Source: Callorhinchus milii
Taxonomy: Eukaryota
DNA: 64,000 nucleotides
NCBI RefSeq assembly: GCF_018977255.1
Contig: NW_024704743.1
Coordinates: 12,154,001-12,218,000 of the forward strand
Direction: 5' to 3'
Part shown: positions 49,265 through 62,600 of the stretch, piece after piece
Layout of the letters: every line of letters starts with the position of its first letter
Numbering within the stretch: the stretch's first letter is position 1
Made by a program: the position numbers and the translations under genes
The notes under the pieces: generated by a model
Databases searched by the model: none
Seen by the model: the letters and a program-made list of their open reading frames with translations, nothing else
Told to the model about the DNA's origin: nothing

Positions 49265-50027
49265 CTGCAAAAAAAAAAGAAAAGAAATATATTATTGATC
49301 TCAGCAATAACTGTTCAACAATAAGTAATCCTTGCGTTTGTTGTAGTACTTTATCACGTTGTCAAAATGTCTCAAAGCACTCACAGGATTTTTACTGTGA
49401 AGTACATTCTGTGTATTTTATAGACAAACACGCCAGCCAATTTGCACCCAGTCCACCAACAAACAACCAACAAACCCCTTCTCCTGAATAATAATAGCCA
49501 GGGTAAAACCTGACCCTTTGATTCATAACGGAAGGTCACTTTTAAGCCGTTTGAACATTTATAACAGGTTAACAGATGACATGCATTGCACATTAGCTCA
49601 CAAGATTAACCTTTAGCAAGCAGGCAGAATGAGCTACTTTCACTGGTATTAACTGAGGACACAAAGAACCTTGCTTTATTCATTAGGTCGGGACAAACAA
49701 GAATGGGATAAATTTTCTTAATAATTCTCAGCCTAAGGTCTATACATAATTTGATGAGGATCAGGAGAATGTCTATTAGACTTATAAGACCCTCTTCAGC
49801 AAAATATATTTGTTCCTTTGTGGGTAGAAAGTTCCACACAAACCAAAATATCCTTGCTTATGTAGATCGCTTGCAAGTTTGGTTTGATACTATTAAGCAT
49901 GGTGATGGGTATCCGTAGATGTTAAGACACCCGGCTGGATAAAAAACGCTGTCGCAAATTTTTTTTATTGATCTAAATAGAACTTTACATCAACTATATT
50001 CAAAGAGGAATAGGCTGAATGTGATAC

Positions 50028-50153
50028 CTGTTGCGTGAGATGCTCCAATCATTCGACCACGTATTAGTCCCTCTCGGACAGAATTTCTTACAAGTTTCAC
50101 TTTGTTAAATAGGTTTTTCTGAATGTACTGCCCAAGCTCATCTCTTAAGTCAC
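50028..50153 (-). CDS. GALNT11: GALNT11 coding exon 4
   Basis: [41 protein letters not shown]; acceptor ttttctaag; donor GTATCA; 126 nt. Confidence 0.95.
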
Positions 50154-51440
50154 CTTAGAAAAAAACAATGGAAAAGAAGCAACTATTTATAAGGATATAT
50201 TTTTAACAGCTATAGCTAGCTAGTTCCATTTGTTTCGGAATAATAATAATAATAATAATCCTTGCATTTGATATAGCGCTTTTCACGTCGGGAGGACGTC
50301 CCAAAGCGCTTCACAGAACACACTGTAAAGTGAATTGACTGTATATTTGTGGGCGAACGCGGCAGCCAATTGCGCACAGCAATGTCCCACAAACAGTCGT
50401 AGATTATAGATTATATTATATTACAATCAAGATGCTTGTCAGCTTTTCTTTCTTAACCAATATTAAGTAATAAAAAACGTAGAAAAATCTGAAAACACGA
50501 CATAAGTGATTACAGTTGAGAACATTGACTACCTTTGCAGACAAATGAAAGTCAGTTAAGAAGCCATGAGTTCAACAACCATTGAGTCTGGATTGATTCC
50601 TGAGATGGGAGAGGAGAACAGGAACTGAGTTGGCTCCAAGGTGACATGCTCAAACAAATGATGGAATCAAGTCAGTTTCTGAGACAAACAGGTCTGCCCT
50701 GCTCTGGGGACTTGCTGATGACAGACCAGCCAGCCTGGTAGGACTTGGAAGGGCAAACAGCAAGCAGGTATGCTTCCCACTCAGATCCTGTTAACCCTGC
50801 AAGCTAAAACCCTAGTAAATGGTAGTAATTAGGGTGGTCCAACTAGAAAAGCAGCAGGAAGCTTGACATCAATCCTCTCAATAGCTAACTATGCAGTTTT
50901 AGCTGATTAAACTCCAGCAGTATCCCATTGCACACTCTGGGGTCTGTGGCTCTTGCCAACGTGCACCTAATACTCTCCAGGATTAGGCTCTGGAATTCCC
51001 TTCCTCACTCCCTTCGCCTCGCTCGCTCCCTTCCTATTTTCAGGTCTCTGCTGAAGACCTTTCTCTTCGACTGGACCTTTGGTCACCTTCCCCACCCTCC
51101 CCTTGGCTCGGCGCCGGGATCCATTACTGTAAAGCGCTCTGAGATGCCGTCCGGCATGGAGGGCGCTATATAAATCCAAGTTGTTGTTGTTGTGTCCCTC
51201 CGGGGAGAGAGTGTGCATTCCATTCCAAACACAGGGAGAATTGGTTGCATAATTGGTTGCATACATATGTGGAAGTCTCAGTCAGGTTTGGTTAGTTTTA
51301 AAGCACGGGTTTCCTCACATGTCAAGACTCCTGGGTAACCAAAAAAAATACAATCTGAAGGATTGTTGGCCAGGCACTGGGCGAAATTTCCCTCCTTTTT
51401 CAAATAGTGTACCTATACATGGAAGAAGAATGGTACTCAC

Positions 51441-51607
51441 CAAAATCACTATGGTCATCCACAAGGATAATTTCATACAGCAAGTCAACGGGAGTACGAT
51501 CCAACACACTATGTACTGTTCGCAGCAGCGCTGATAAAGCTTCATTATAAAAACAAATAATAATGCTTGCAGAAGGTAAGTTCAATGGGTACCTCTTCAG
51601 TTTGCAC
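51441..51607 (-). CDS. GALNT11: GALNT11 coding exon 3 (start of GT-A domain)
   Basis: [55 protein letters not shown]; acceptor ttattactag; donor GTGAGT; 167 nt. Confidence 0.96.
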
Positions 51608-52155
51608 CTAGTAATAAAAGAACAGAATAATGAGAATGGAAAGCCGCAGAGAAATTAAGCCAAAATGTCCACAGCAATGTCACTTCCTGTATGCTCTGCA
51701 TGCGATTTATGCGCAAACACTCCCTGCATATATCACAACATCAACAACAAACTACATTTATATACGGCACCTTTCACATCTTATACAGGACCTTTCACAT
51801 TGGGAAGATGTCCCAAGATGTTGGACAGTCAAGGGTTTGAACCTGAGCTGGGGATTGTAATCAAGAGGGGTAGAGAGTAAGGGGAGCGAAGGTGGGAGGA
51901 TGATCAAATACAGTCAATGAGGAAGGTCTTGAGACCAGCCTTGAAGGAGGCAAGGGAGGGGGCGGAGTGAAGGGATTCCTAGATGGTAGGAGCAGAAAGG
52001 CTGAACGCCAGACTGCCGTTCATGGGACGGGCATGGAGTAAGCCCGTATCTGCCGAGCAGAGGGAGTGAGTAGGTTGGTAAGGATTTAGTAGGTCACAGA
52101 GGTATCACGCATGCTCAGTGTGCAGAAAATGACATTGACTGCAACCTGACAACCA

Positions 52156-52330
52156 GCACCTTCCTATAAGGTGGGTGCCCTGTGCACTTGTGGTTAGCAC
52201 CCATGGTTAGTTTAGGCACGCAGACCTACAAGCTGCCAATTTGCTAAATGGGCAGCTTGTAGGTCTGCACGCCTAAACTAACCATGGTGCTAACCACAAG
52301 TGCACAGGACAACACCTTAGAGGAAAATGC
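52156..52330. repeat. Near-perfect palindrome (foldback)
   Basis: Arms 52179-52242 and 52246-52308 are reverse complements with about 4 differences around a 3-nt loop, extending imperfectly to 52156 and 52330. Confidence 0.93.
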
Positions 52331-52838
52331 ACTTTATAAGCAAACCTGCCTTATAAGGGAGTACCATATATCAGGGATTTTGTATTTTCCGTAATACTTC
52401 AATAATGGAGGAGTGCTGAAATCATGATTTTGTTCAATGAGTTATGAGTGTATGTGTGTGGAGGAGGAAGGGAAAGCAGACAAGGCGAAACCTTAGGCAA
52501 TTTTCCTTACTCTACATGCCTCTGTTTACCTAGCAATAAGTAGGAACCCGTTGTTAATCTATTTGCAGATCATTTTCCGGGGATAATAATCCCTTAAAAA
52601 AAACATAAATAATAATAATTTGGTCTCTCAATCCACGACTGTTTGTGGGACACTGCTGTGTGCAATTGGCTTATCAATTCATCCACAAAATATACAATCA
52701 ATCCAATTTACAGTATATTTTATGAAGCTCTTTGAAACATCTCAATGACGTGATAAAGCACTACATCAAATGCAAGGTTTATTATTATTAAGTAATCAGC
52801 TTTAATTTAGGTGTTTAACTAAAAAATTAAGAACTTGC

Positions 52839-52962
52839 TTCTTGTCTCTGGTGTCGGGAAGATCTCTGCGGTAGCCCAAACGATTGCTGATCAGCATGTT
52901 GAAAGCATGTTTCTGGTAGCCCAAATCACGAAGCTCTTGATCTACTTCATTGAAAATCATAC
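52839..52962 (-). CDS. GALNT11: GALNT11 coding exon 2
   Basis: [41 protein letters not shown]; acceptor ttttttcag; 124 nt; the in-frame donor is GCAAGT. Confidence 0.92.
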
Positions 52963-53834
52963 CTGAAAAAAAGAGTTTAATTTTATAAGAATGAGAATAA
53001 GAGAACAATTCATATCAACACATAAATAGTGTGACTTACCCGTCTCAGCATCGACAGGTGGGCTTTCAGCCAATTTGCCCTCACTTTCTGGAACTTCATC
53101 CCAGAGCCCCTCTGACTACTCCATCCCTCATCTCTTTCAAGGTCCTTGCCCACGATTTCAGTCATCTTTCCTCTCCCCAACCCCCTTCAGCTTGCAGCCC
53201 CTATTCAGATGCCCAGCCAAGACTGTTAAGCGCCTTGAGATGTCCTCCATACATGAAAGGCACTTTACAAATGTAAATTTGTGTTGTACTGATTTACTCA
53301 CAGCAAAGTGCAAAGTCACAGAATTCACTAAAAAAATATATTTTTGGAGTATTTTATTTTTCTGGTTAGTCACTGACCCGTTCCCAGTTATTCACCAATT
53401 CTGTTATGAGCACACATGGCAGGTTAATCTCTCCTGGTATTCTGCATTGTTTAATGCAGGAAGGTATTTGGCCGCCCAATATTGACATATCAAAAAAATG
53501 GAACTCAAGCAAGTGAGAGACTAAAGCTGTATCCCACCGCTCTACAATTCTACACATTAGTTCGCTAACACACTGTGCCACCTTGTCACCCACATCAAAA
53601 ATGACATTTGAACAAAATCCCTTGCTACAAAATAGGGTATCACAGGTCAACCAAATAATAAAATGCTTGTCTCTTTATTTTCCTGTGATTTTGCTTCAGA
53701 ACTGCAAATAATTACCTCTTTCAGCCTCCTAGAATCATAGAAATTACAGAACAGAAGGAAACTATTCAGCTTGGTTGATTAATAAGACTCAATATTCTGC
53801 AGAATACAGAATGTGATTGTAAAATTATCACATT

Positions 53835-55620
53835 ACCTCATCACGGACAAGGCCACCTCAGACGACTTTTTCATCTCCCTCTCCTCCCACATCCCCCACC
53901 CCTCTTCCAATCTCTCCATCATTTCTTCCGCCACTCCGCACTCCTTACACTCCTTTGTCCCCATGTCTCCCTCCTTCCTCTTGACCACAATCACCCGGAT
54001 GAAGTTCACCACATGCTACCTGGATCCCCTCCCCACCCAGCTGCTGGTCACTCAACTCCCCCTACTCTCCCCCTGCTGGCCGACACGGTCAACCAGTCTC
54101 TCTCCTCAGGATTTATTCCACTCCCCCTGAAAACCGCTGTCATCACACCCCTCCTCAAAAAACCCACCCTCGATCCCTCTAATCTCTCACACTATCGTCC
54201 CATCTCCAACCTGCCATTCCTTGCCAAAGTCCTGGAACGCATTGTTGCAGGTCAACTTCGGTCACACCCTCCCTCCACTGCCTCCTCAAGCCCCCGCAGT
54301 CTGGTTTTGGCCCTGGCCACAGCACAGAGACAGCACTTGTTAAAGTCACAAAAGACATTCTCTCTATCTCTGACCAGGGCACCCTCTGCCTCCTCGTCCT
54401 CCTGGATCTCTCTGCTGCGTTCGACACAGTCGACCACGCCATCCTCCCCCATCGGCTCTCCTCCCTCTACCTTAGTGGGACCGCACTCGCATGGTTCGAG
54501 TGCTACTTAACCAACCGCCTCCATTTCATCTTAGTAAATGGTTTCTCCTCCCGCCCCCGCCCGGTCACCTGCGGGGTATCCCAAGGCTCCATCCTTGGCC
54601 CTCTGCTTTTCCTCATCTATATGCTCCCTCTGGGCGATGCCATCTGCAGACTTCTACATGTATGCGGATGACACACAAATCTACTTTCCTTCCTCCAATA
54701 CCAACTCCAGGTCCACCGATGTTCTATCAGCTTGTCTGGCAGACATCAAGGCCTGAATGATTGTAAATCATTAAATTTATTGTAATGTAAATGATTCCTG
54801 CAGCTGAATATGGACAAGACGGAAGCCATACTCCTTGGCTCCCGTCAACATCTTCACTCCTGTGGATCTAAACTCCTCAACCTCGCTGAGCTCTGCCTCA
54901 GACTCATCGAACCAATGCACAACCTAGGCATTCATTTCGACCCCCAACCGTCCTTCCTCTCCCACATCCGGGCCATGACCAGGACCGTCTTCTTTAACCT
55001 CCACCACATTGCCCGCCTCCGATCGTACCTTACCCTAAATGCAGCCGAAATCCTCGTGCATGCATTTGTCGCCTCTGCTTGGGTTACTCAAACACACTCC
55101 TCACCGGTCTCCCCAGCTCCACATTCACAAGATTCAGCTCGTTCAAAACTCTGCCGCTCACATACTGACCCGGACCAAACTCCGTACCCAATCTCACCAG
55201 TTCTGGCCAGTCTCCACTGGCTCCCCATCACCAAACAGATCGAATTCAAGATCCTCGCATTCGTGTTCAAATCCATTCACTCCCTGGCACCTCCCTACCT
55301 CTCTGACCTCCTCACTCCCCAATCCACCACCCAGGGTCTCCACTCTACTGGCACCGGCCTCCTGCTTGCAACATCCACCCCATCATCGTGCTTTCAGCCA
55401 CTACACCCCAAAACTCTGGAACACTCTCCCTCATTCCATCCGCCTTGGCACCCTCTCTCCCTTCTTTCATGTTCCGTCTGAAAACTTTCCTCTTCGACCG
55501 TACTTACCGCCACCTCCCCCATCCCCCCAGCTCGGAGTCAGGCTCTGCCACTGTTAAGCGCTCTGAGACGCTACCCTACGTGGAGGGCGCTATACAAGTG
55601 CAAGCTGTTGTTGTTGTTCA
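53835..55620 (+). mobile_element. Longest L2 copy (RT domain to tail), frameshifted
   Basis: KTAVITPLLKKPTLDPSNLSHYRPISNLPFLAKVLE, LLDLSAAFDTVDH, YADDTQIY and LHWLPITKQIEFKIL; (TTG)n tail. Confidence 0.93.
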
Positions 55621-56501
55621 TTGCTAAAAGTCTTAGTTATCAACCTTAATGAATGCTGCTTTCTATATTGAATAAGATCCTGTGCATGTAAACAGTGCAT
55701 AATTTACATACCTTCAGAGATGCAAAGTGCATGCATAAGTCTTTTAAAATTCCCTTTTAAATGGATTAACCTTGCAGGAGGGAGCAATTTAGATGCATTT
55801 ACCTACCAATACTTATGCAATAATGTGTTGGGACAATCAATTTCCCAGTGTTATTTGCACCACATTTTCTGAAAATACTAAATTTAAAAGGGAAAAAAAG
55901 TTTGAATTGTACACTGGTCGGTCCTTGAGCCTCTCTGCCCCCACGCTTTGGAACTCCATCCCACCGTCGCTTTGCCTCGCTCCCTCCCTTGCCTCCTTCA
56001 CGGTGCATTTCAAGACCCTCCTCTTTGACTGCTCCTTCAGTCACCCTCCTATTCCTACTTTCCCTGCCCTCCACCCCTCCTGATCCCAACCCCCAGCTCG
56101 GGTCCAAATCCCTGGCTGTCCAACGCCTTGGGACGTCCTCCTGATATGAAAGACGCTATACAAATGTAATTTGTTGCTGTTGTTGCACAATTATACCATG
56201 GAGTCCTGTAGCTCAGTGGTTAGAGCGCTCGCTTTGCAAGCGAGAGACCCAGGTTTGATGCCCGGCAGGGTGAAACCTTGCCTGATAATAATCCCTCAAA
56301 AAAATAATAAATTGGTCATTTCAATCCACAACTGTTTGTGGGACACTGCTGTGCGCAATTGGCTGCTGCATTTCGCCCACAAATATACAGTCAATTCACT
56401 TCACAGTATGTTCTGTGAAGCGTTTTGAGATGTCTGGAAGACGTGAAAAGCGCTATATCAAATGCAAGGATTATTATTATTACCATCAAATGGCAACTCA
56501 C

Positions 56502-56784
56502 CAAGTTCTGGAGAGAGCTCAGTTTTCTTCACCATGTTTTCACGCCTGAGTTTTGGAATCTGATTGCCCTCACTGCCTCGGTGCTGTGATCCAGGCAGTT
56601 GTTGAGGGCCTTGTGTAAATCTGGGCTGGAATTTCCACTGCACCCACTGGTTCCCCTGGAAGGGCACATTGCTGAAGGTATAGCCGTCAAGATTCAAGTT
56701 GAAATAAATGAAAAGGAGAATGGTCCAGGTCACAGACGTGAAGAGACACCCATAGCAGAAGTACCGTAAAGTAACACTGCCCAT
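56502..56784 (-). CDS. GALNT11: GALNT11 coding exon 1 (start, transmembrane anchor, stem)
   Basis: [29 protein letters not shown]...ELSPEL-G. Acceptor tgtttcag ends at 56823, so the exon starts about 56822. Donor G|GTGAGT; 283 coding nt, phase 1. Confidence 0.96.
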
Positions 56785-58174
56785 GATAGTCCTAGCATTG
56801 TTGACGGCCCATTTTTATTCCTCTGAAACAAAACGGAAGCAAACAGAACAGAATGAGTTGGAGCAAAAAAAAAAATCTGAATTTGCAAACACAATCTATT
56901 TCAATCTAATAAATCAATCACTTTGTCAATGCCGTGAAAAGGTTGGTCTCTGTCAAAAATTTAACTTCAAGGCAAGCTTGTCACAATTTGAATAAGTTGT
57001 GATGAAAAAAGACTTTGTAACTGACTTATACAACCACTCAGAGATGCTTCTCCACATGAAGGCCACAGTTATTATTATACTAACAACCTAAAGTTTACCT
57101 CTGAACCTAATGTATTGAGTTGAGGCACAGCTCCTAAGTTAATTCAGAGATGGTTGATTAAGGATCAAAGTCCGCACAAACAAAGATTGGGTCATAAGAG
57201 ATCAATTATTAACAGGGTTTCAGCTAAAGTATCACTCCTCAAAATTGTGCTTATTCAATGTAAGCCAATGATAACATGGCAAAAAAGGTTATTTTCATAC
57301 GAAATCTTGACCAGAAATATACCATTCAATAGGGACATCATTGCACAGAAGAATCCATTGTTGCTTATTCTCCTCTACTACTGTATACAAACTTGTTGTT
57401 TGGAGAGCAACATGAGAAATACAATCGAATATCATTAATATAAAAAAGATTGGGATGAGGAGGTCAATATAATAGCTTTTAGTCTATTTGCGCTTCCCCC
57501 TCCTAAGTTGTTGTTAAATAAATATGCTCAGATCATCAGGGAGTCCTGTAGCTTAGTGGGCGAAACACGGCAGCTAATTATGCACAGCAGTGTCCCACAA
57601 ACCGTTGTGGATCAAGTAACCAATTTGTTTTATATATATACAGTCTTTGTATCAGAGGGGCGCGAGAGTGAAGATATCTTATCCTCAGGAAGTGTGACAG
57701 GTATTCTGCATCAGACATCTCATTCTCATCTTCCTCCTCTGGTACAAACAATCACATGGAGGTGGAAAGAAATCACTTGTGGAGACGTGCCAAAATGATT
57801 CATATAAATTTTGGGAAGGTCCATAAAGCGAAGCTTCTTTGCGGTAAGATTCCAGAAAAGAACTAATAATTCATTAATTTCCGTCATGCATGTACAACAA
57901 CCGATTATAAATGATGATCATTCATCACATTTTGAAAGACATTGTTGACAAGCACCTTATCAGCCTTGTATGGATTATTTCTTGTTTATGAGCAGGATTA
58001 TTGAAATAACAGAAAATATGCCAATTACCAGATTTGGAAGAGGTTGGGCTTCCGTGCCCAGCATATTCTAGTTAATTATAATCTTTTTATCTCGTCACAC
58101 TCAGGTTTATTGCAGGTGGTGGAAGGCATGTGGGTTGGGAGAGAATGGTGCAGTGGTGTATTAATACAGCTTGG

Positions 58175-58510
58175 CTCACTTGGTAATGCTCTCTTCTCTG
58201 AGTCAGAAGGTTGTAGGTTTAAGCTCCATGCCAGTGTTTTGAACTCACAGGGCAGACGGACAATCCAATGCAATGCTGGTAGAGTCCTCATTGCCGAAGT
58301 TGGCATCCTTCGGATGAGACGTTGAACCGAGATCCCATCTACCTGTACAGGTGGTTGAAAATCCCATGGTGCGATTCGCAAAAAGAAGGGAGTTTCTCCC
58401 GATTTCCTGGCCAACAATCCCTCAAATAAAATCGGTCACTCACTCCATGGCTGTTTATGGGACCATACTGTGCACAACTGGTTGCCATATTTTGCCTAAA
58501 AATACACAGC
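58175..58510 (+). mobile_element. Older Deu-domain SINE (shark SacSINE1-like), representative copy
   Basis: gagtcagaaggttgtaggttt...cttcggatgagacgttgaaccgag...caggtgg...atcccatgg...cctggccaac matches the Deu-SINE core as I remember it. Other copies at 1-270, 3710-4290, 5820-6065, 60330-60600 (+) and 29170-29400, 32100-32390 (-). Confidence 0.75.
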
Positions 58511-58514
58511 GAAT

Positions 58515-59657
58515 ACAACAACAACAACAACAAGATTCCATTTATAAAGCGCCTTTCACGTCAGGAGGACGTCTCAAGGCGCTGCACAGTTGGGTCAGGA
58601 CCCGAGCAGGGGGAAATGGTCAGGGTGAGGGGAGGGAAGGGAGGGAGCGAGGAGGGGGGAAATGGTCAGGGTGAGGGGAGGGAAGGGAGGGAGCGAGGAG
58701 GGGGAAGAGAGTCGAGAGGGGAGCTGAAGGCTCGGTCAAAGAGAAAGGTTTTGAGACCGGCCTTGAAGGAGGAGAGGGAGGAAGCAAGGCGAAGGCACTG
58801 GGGGATGGAGTTCCAGAGCCTGGGGGCTGAGAGGCTGAAGGCCCGACCACCGATGGTAGGGCGGTTGGGGCGGGGGACGTGGAGCAGACCGGAGCCGGAG
58901 GAACGGAGGGTACGGGCAGGTAGGTAGGGGGATAGTAGGTCAGAGAGGTAGGAGGGAGCAAGGCCGTGGATGGCCTTATAGGTGAGGATGAGGATCTTGA
59001 ATTCGATCCTCTGGGGGATGGGGAGCCAGTGGAGGCGAGCGAGGGTGGGAGTGATGTGGTCCCGAAGCCTGGTGCGGGACAGTACACGAGCTGCAGAGTT
59101 CTGAATGACCTGCAGCTTGTGGAGGGAGGTGGCGGGAAGGCCGGCGAGGAGAGAGTTCCCATAGTCCAGCCTTGAGGTGACAAAGGCGTGGACCAGAGTT
59201 TCAGCCGCGTGAGGGGTGAGGTAGTGCCGTAGTCTGGCGATGTTCCGGAGGTGATGGAAGGCGGTGCCAGTTGTGGTGCGGATGTGAGGGAGAAAGGACA
59301 GCTCAGGGTCGAACAAAACGCCGAGGTTCCTGACTGGCTTTGAGAGGTGGAGAGTGCAGCCTTGGATGCTGATGCTGTCAGCACCTGAGGTGCGGAGGCA
59401 CTGACGTGAGCCAATCAGGAGGTTTTTCGCACGTTGAGCTGAAGAAAGTTGTCTCTCATCCAAGACTCGATGTCAGACAGGCAGCTGTCAGGACATCGGT
59501 GGTCGTGGAGTTGAGAGTAGAGGAGGAAAGGTAGAGTTGGGTGTCATCCGCATACATGTGGAAGTTAACCCCATGTCTGCGGATGATGTCACCACAGGGG
59601 GAGCATATAGAGGGTGAAGAGGAGGGGACCGAGGACAGAGCCCTGAGGGACACCACA
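58515..59657 (-). mobile_element. Young L2 3' fragment with a long open C-terminal ORF
   Basis: ORF 58666-59463 (VRNLGVLFD...SRLDYGNSLL...LKTFLFDRAF), YADDTQLY upstream and a clean (TTG)n tail. Confidence 0.94.
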
Positions 59658-62600
59658 TGAGACATGAGAATACATTTCAATGTAAAAATTCTTTGAAGTG
59701 CTTTGAGATGATTCGATAATGTTGATAAGGTGATAAGTTGATAAGGATTCTTATTATTATTCATTACTTTTTGTATTATATTGAAACTGGCTGCACAATT
59801 TACAACGCACACACTTTTTGGTTCTTAAAACGTTTTTCCCTTGCCTAATGTTTTGCCCTGCCCAGGAATTGAACCCAGGTCCTTTCACTTGTGAGACGAG
59901 TGCTCTATCCAATACAGGACTCCACAAAATCTGAGTTCAACAATGTTCCTTTCTCCCTTAGTTGCTCTTTCCTGCTCTCCACTGCCATTTTTCTTCGATT
60001 AGGTCAAGCAGCTTCCATTTGTTTCTAATTGTAATGGTAGATCTGAATTTATATAGATAACTTCACATGGGATGCCTTAACGTACTGGAAACACAAGTCA
60101 AGAAGGCCCTTCTCAAGACGTTCTTTTTTGACCGTGCCTTCAGTCATCTTGCCACCACCATGGCTCTGATCCCTCTTGAATCTGACCCCTGCTGGGGCAC
60201 TCATTACACAGCCATTGGAGAAATTGGTCAATTTGATATAGGCCCTTATCACATCACAAGATCTCAAACCACTTCATACTTTGAGACACTGTGAAGTGTA
60301 GTGGCTTGTAACAGTCACGTGCTCACTTTGAACTCAAGACTAGACTGATATTCCATTACATTAGAGCTGCTTTCCTTCGGATGAGATGTTAAACCGAGGT
60401 ACTGTCTACCTGGTCAGGAGAACGTTAAAGATCCCACAGCACTGTTCAAAAAGAGAAGTGTTTCTCCCAGTGTCCTGTCCGACAATCCCCCAAATAAAAT
60501 TGTTCATTCACTTCATAGCTGTTTGTAGGACATTGTTTGACAAGTTGGCTGCTGCATTTGACAACAAAATACAGTCACAATACAGTAAAATCTTCTGAAT
60601 CACTTTGTTACAGAATAAAATAAATAAAAGAATGAAATCTTATGGATCCTCAAACAGAATGCAAATGTCAGATTCAGCAAATTTGTGAGTAATCAAATGA
60701 GGCTTCAAGGACATCGCTTTTCCAGGGGTAATAATCCCTTCAAAAAGAAAATAATTATTTTGTCAATCAATCTACGACTGTTTGCGGGACTCTGCTGTGT
60801 GCAATTGGCTGCCGCGTTTCGCCCACAAAATATACAGTCAATTCATTTTACAGTGTATTCTGTGAAGCGTTTCGAGATGTCTCAATGACGTGATAAGGCT
60901 CTATATCAAATGTAAGGATTATTATTATTATAACGTCATTGAGATGTGTGGCAGATTGTACACATTTAACTGTGGCTTGTGGATTATCCTGTTACTGTTC
61001 CAGTAACGGGCAATCCTTTTGTCATGCTTCCTCTTAATTTTCTTATTGCTGTGGGTTTTTCCTTCGTCCGTGAAGTCAACTATCTTGTCAAGATCAGGAC
61101 AGCTGTGTGTATCAAACAGCTACCCTTCTGTTGGAAATGGTGGTAGTAAAAAGCAATTGTCCACCTCAGTTTCATTTGAGTCATTAATAGTTAGTGTCCA
61201 TTAGGAAATGTCAATCTTTTCTTGTCTTTCTGAGAAAAGCAACTTTTTCATCTAACTAGGACAGTGGAAGTCCTTTATATGTCACATAGTACACCAGTAT
61301 TCTTAGCTTGTGTTGCATCTGAGAATGTGTCCAGAGTGGGGACTGTGCTGTTACAGCAAAGGTAATAATAATAACCCTTGCATTTGATACAGCGTCTTAT
61401 CATGACATTGAGACATCTCAAAGCGCTTCACACAATATATTGTAAAGTAGATTGATTGTGTGTTTTGTGGGTGAAACGCAGCAGTCAATCGCGCACATGA
61501 TGTTCCACAAACAGTCGTGGGTTGAGTGACCAAATTTATTGTTTGCTTGCTTGTTTGTTTGTTTGTTTTGGAGGGATCTTTACTCCCGGAAAGCGATCTG
61601 CAAATGACTAACCACCGTGTTCCTCTTACTGCAAGGTAAACAGAGGCGTGTGGGGTAAGGAATCTTGCCTAAGGTTTCACCCTGCCAGGAATCTGGTCCT
61701 CCAGCTTTCCAGTTGAGCGCATTAACCTCTACGCTACAGGACTCCATCTTGACATCTAATTTCTGGGCTCTGATTTTGGTAAGGTGGTTTCATGTTGGGT
61801 CCATGTCCTTTGGATTAGTGTTGAGCCTGTTCCTGCAGTCTGGAGCAGCGCATGCAACAAATCAGCATTCACACTTCTCTGTGGACCAGTATGACTTGCA
61901 TGGTTGGGATGTGCAAGTGTCTTCCTCTCTCACTTACGCATGGCGCATTTGAGATTTGGGAACATTAGTTTGATGAACCGAGCTGCAGAAAACCTCTCAA
62001 ATGAAAGTAGATCCATTGTATTTCTTCCCTACAATTTTCCATCTACTTTGACATAAGTACACAACAGCACTAAGCCAGAACTAATGCACCTCATAATCAA
62101 TTCATTGAAATCGGCAGGAGTTAATTCCCCAAGATAAAATAGTGGATCTGAGAACAACAGTCACCCAGGTCTCAATTGATGTAACTTCCCAAGACCTGAA
62201 ATATTCTTTAGGGTCTGTCATACAAAATTATTGAACGTATAATTATGATTGAAGTCAATATTCAACTCCTTATGTCATACAACTCAAAATCTACTGATTT
62301 AGAATAACAAATTCCTTACCCCAAAAAGTTAGGGACTTTTCTGATCCTTTACATACCACAGTAAAAAATGTTTAAACATTTCAGAGATCAAAATACAAGG
62401 TTCACCTAATAATGATTCTGAGTCATATATAGCCCACTCCTGCTGCAAACCCAATAGGAATTCTACTCTGATGTGTCTGGACATAGATCACTGAGTTCCC
62501 ACGAGCTGGCGTAATGCACTTCATCAGGACTCATCATTAGCAAAGCCTGATAGTAAATCTCACATATGTAACCCCATTTACAATATAAAGCGAGAACTTC

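Noticed and set aside
58620..59463. Overlapping 264-aa and 265-aa ORFs as a dual-coding gene
   Set aside because: One is L2 ORF2; the Ser/Pro-rich alternative frame is a by-product of C-rich L2 sequence and recurs in other L2 copies.
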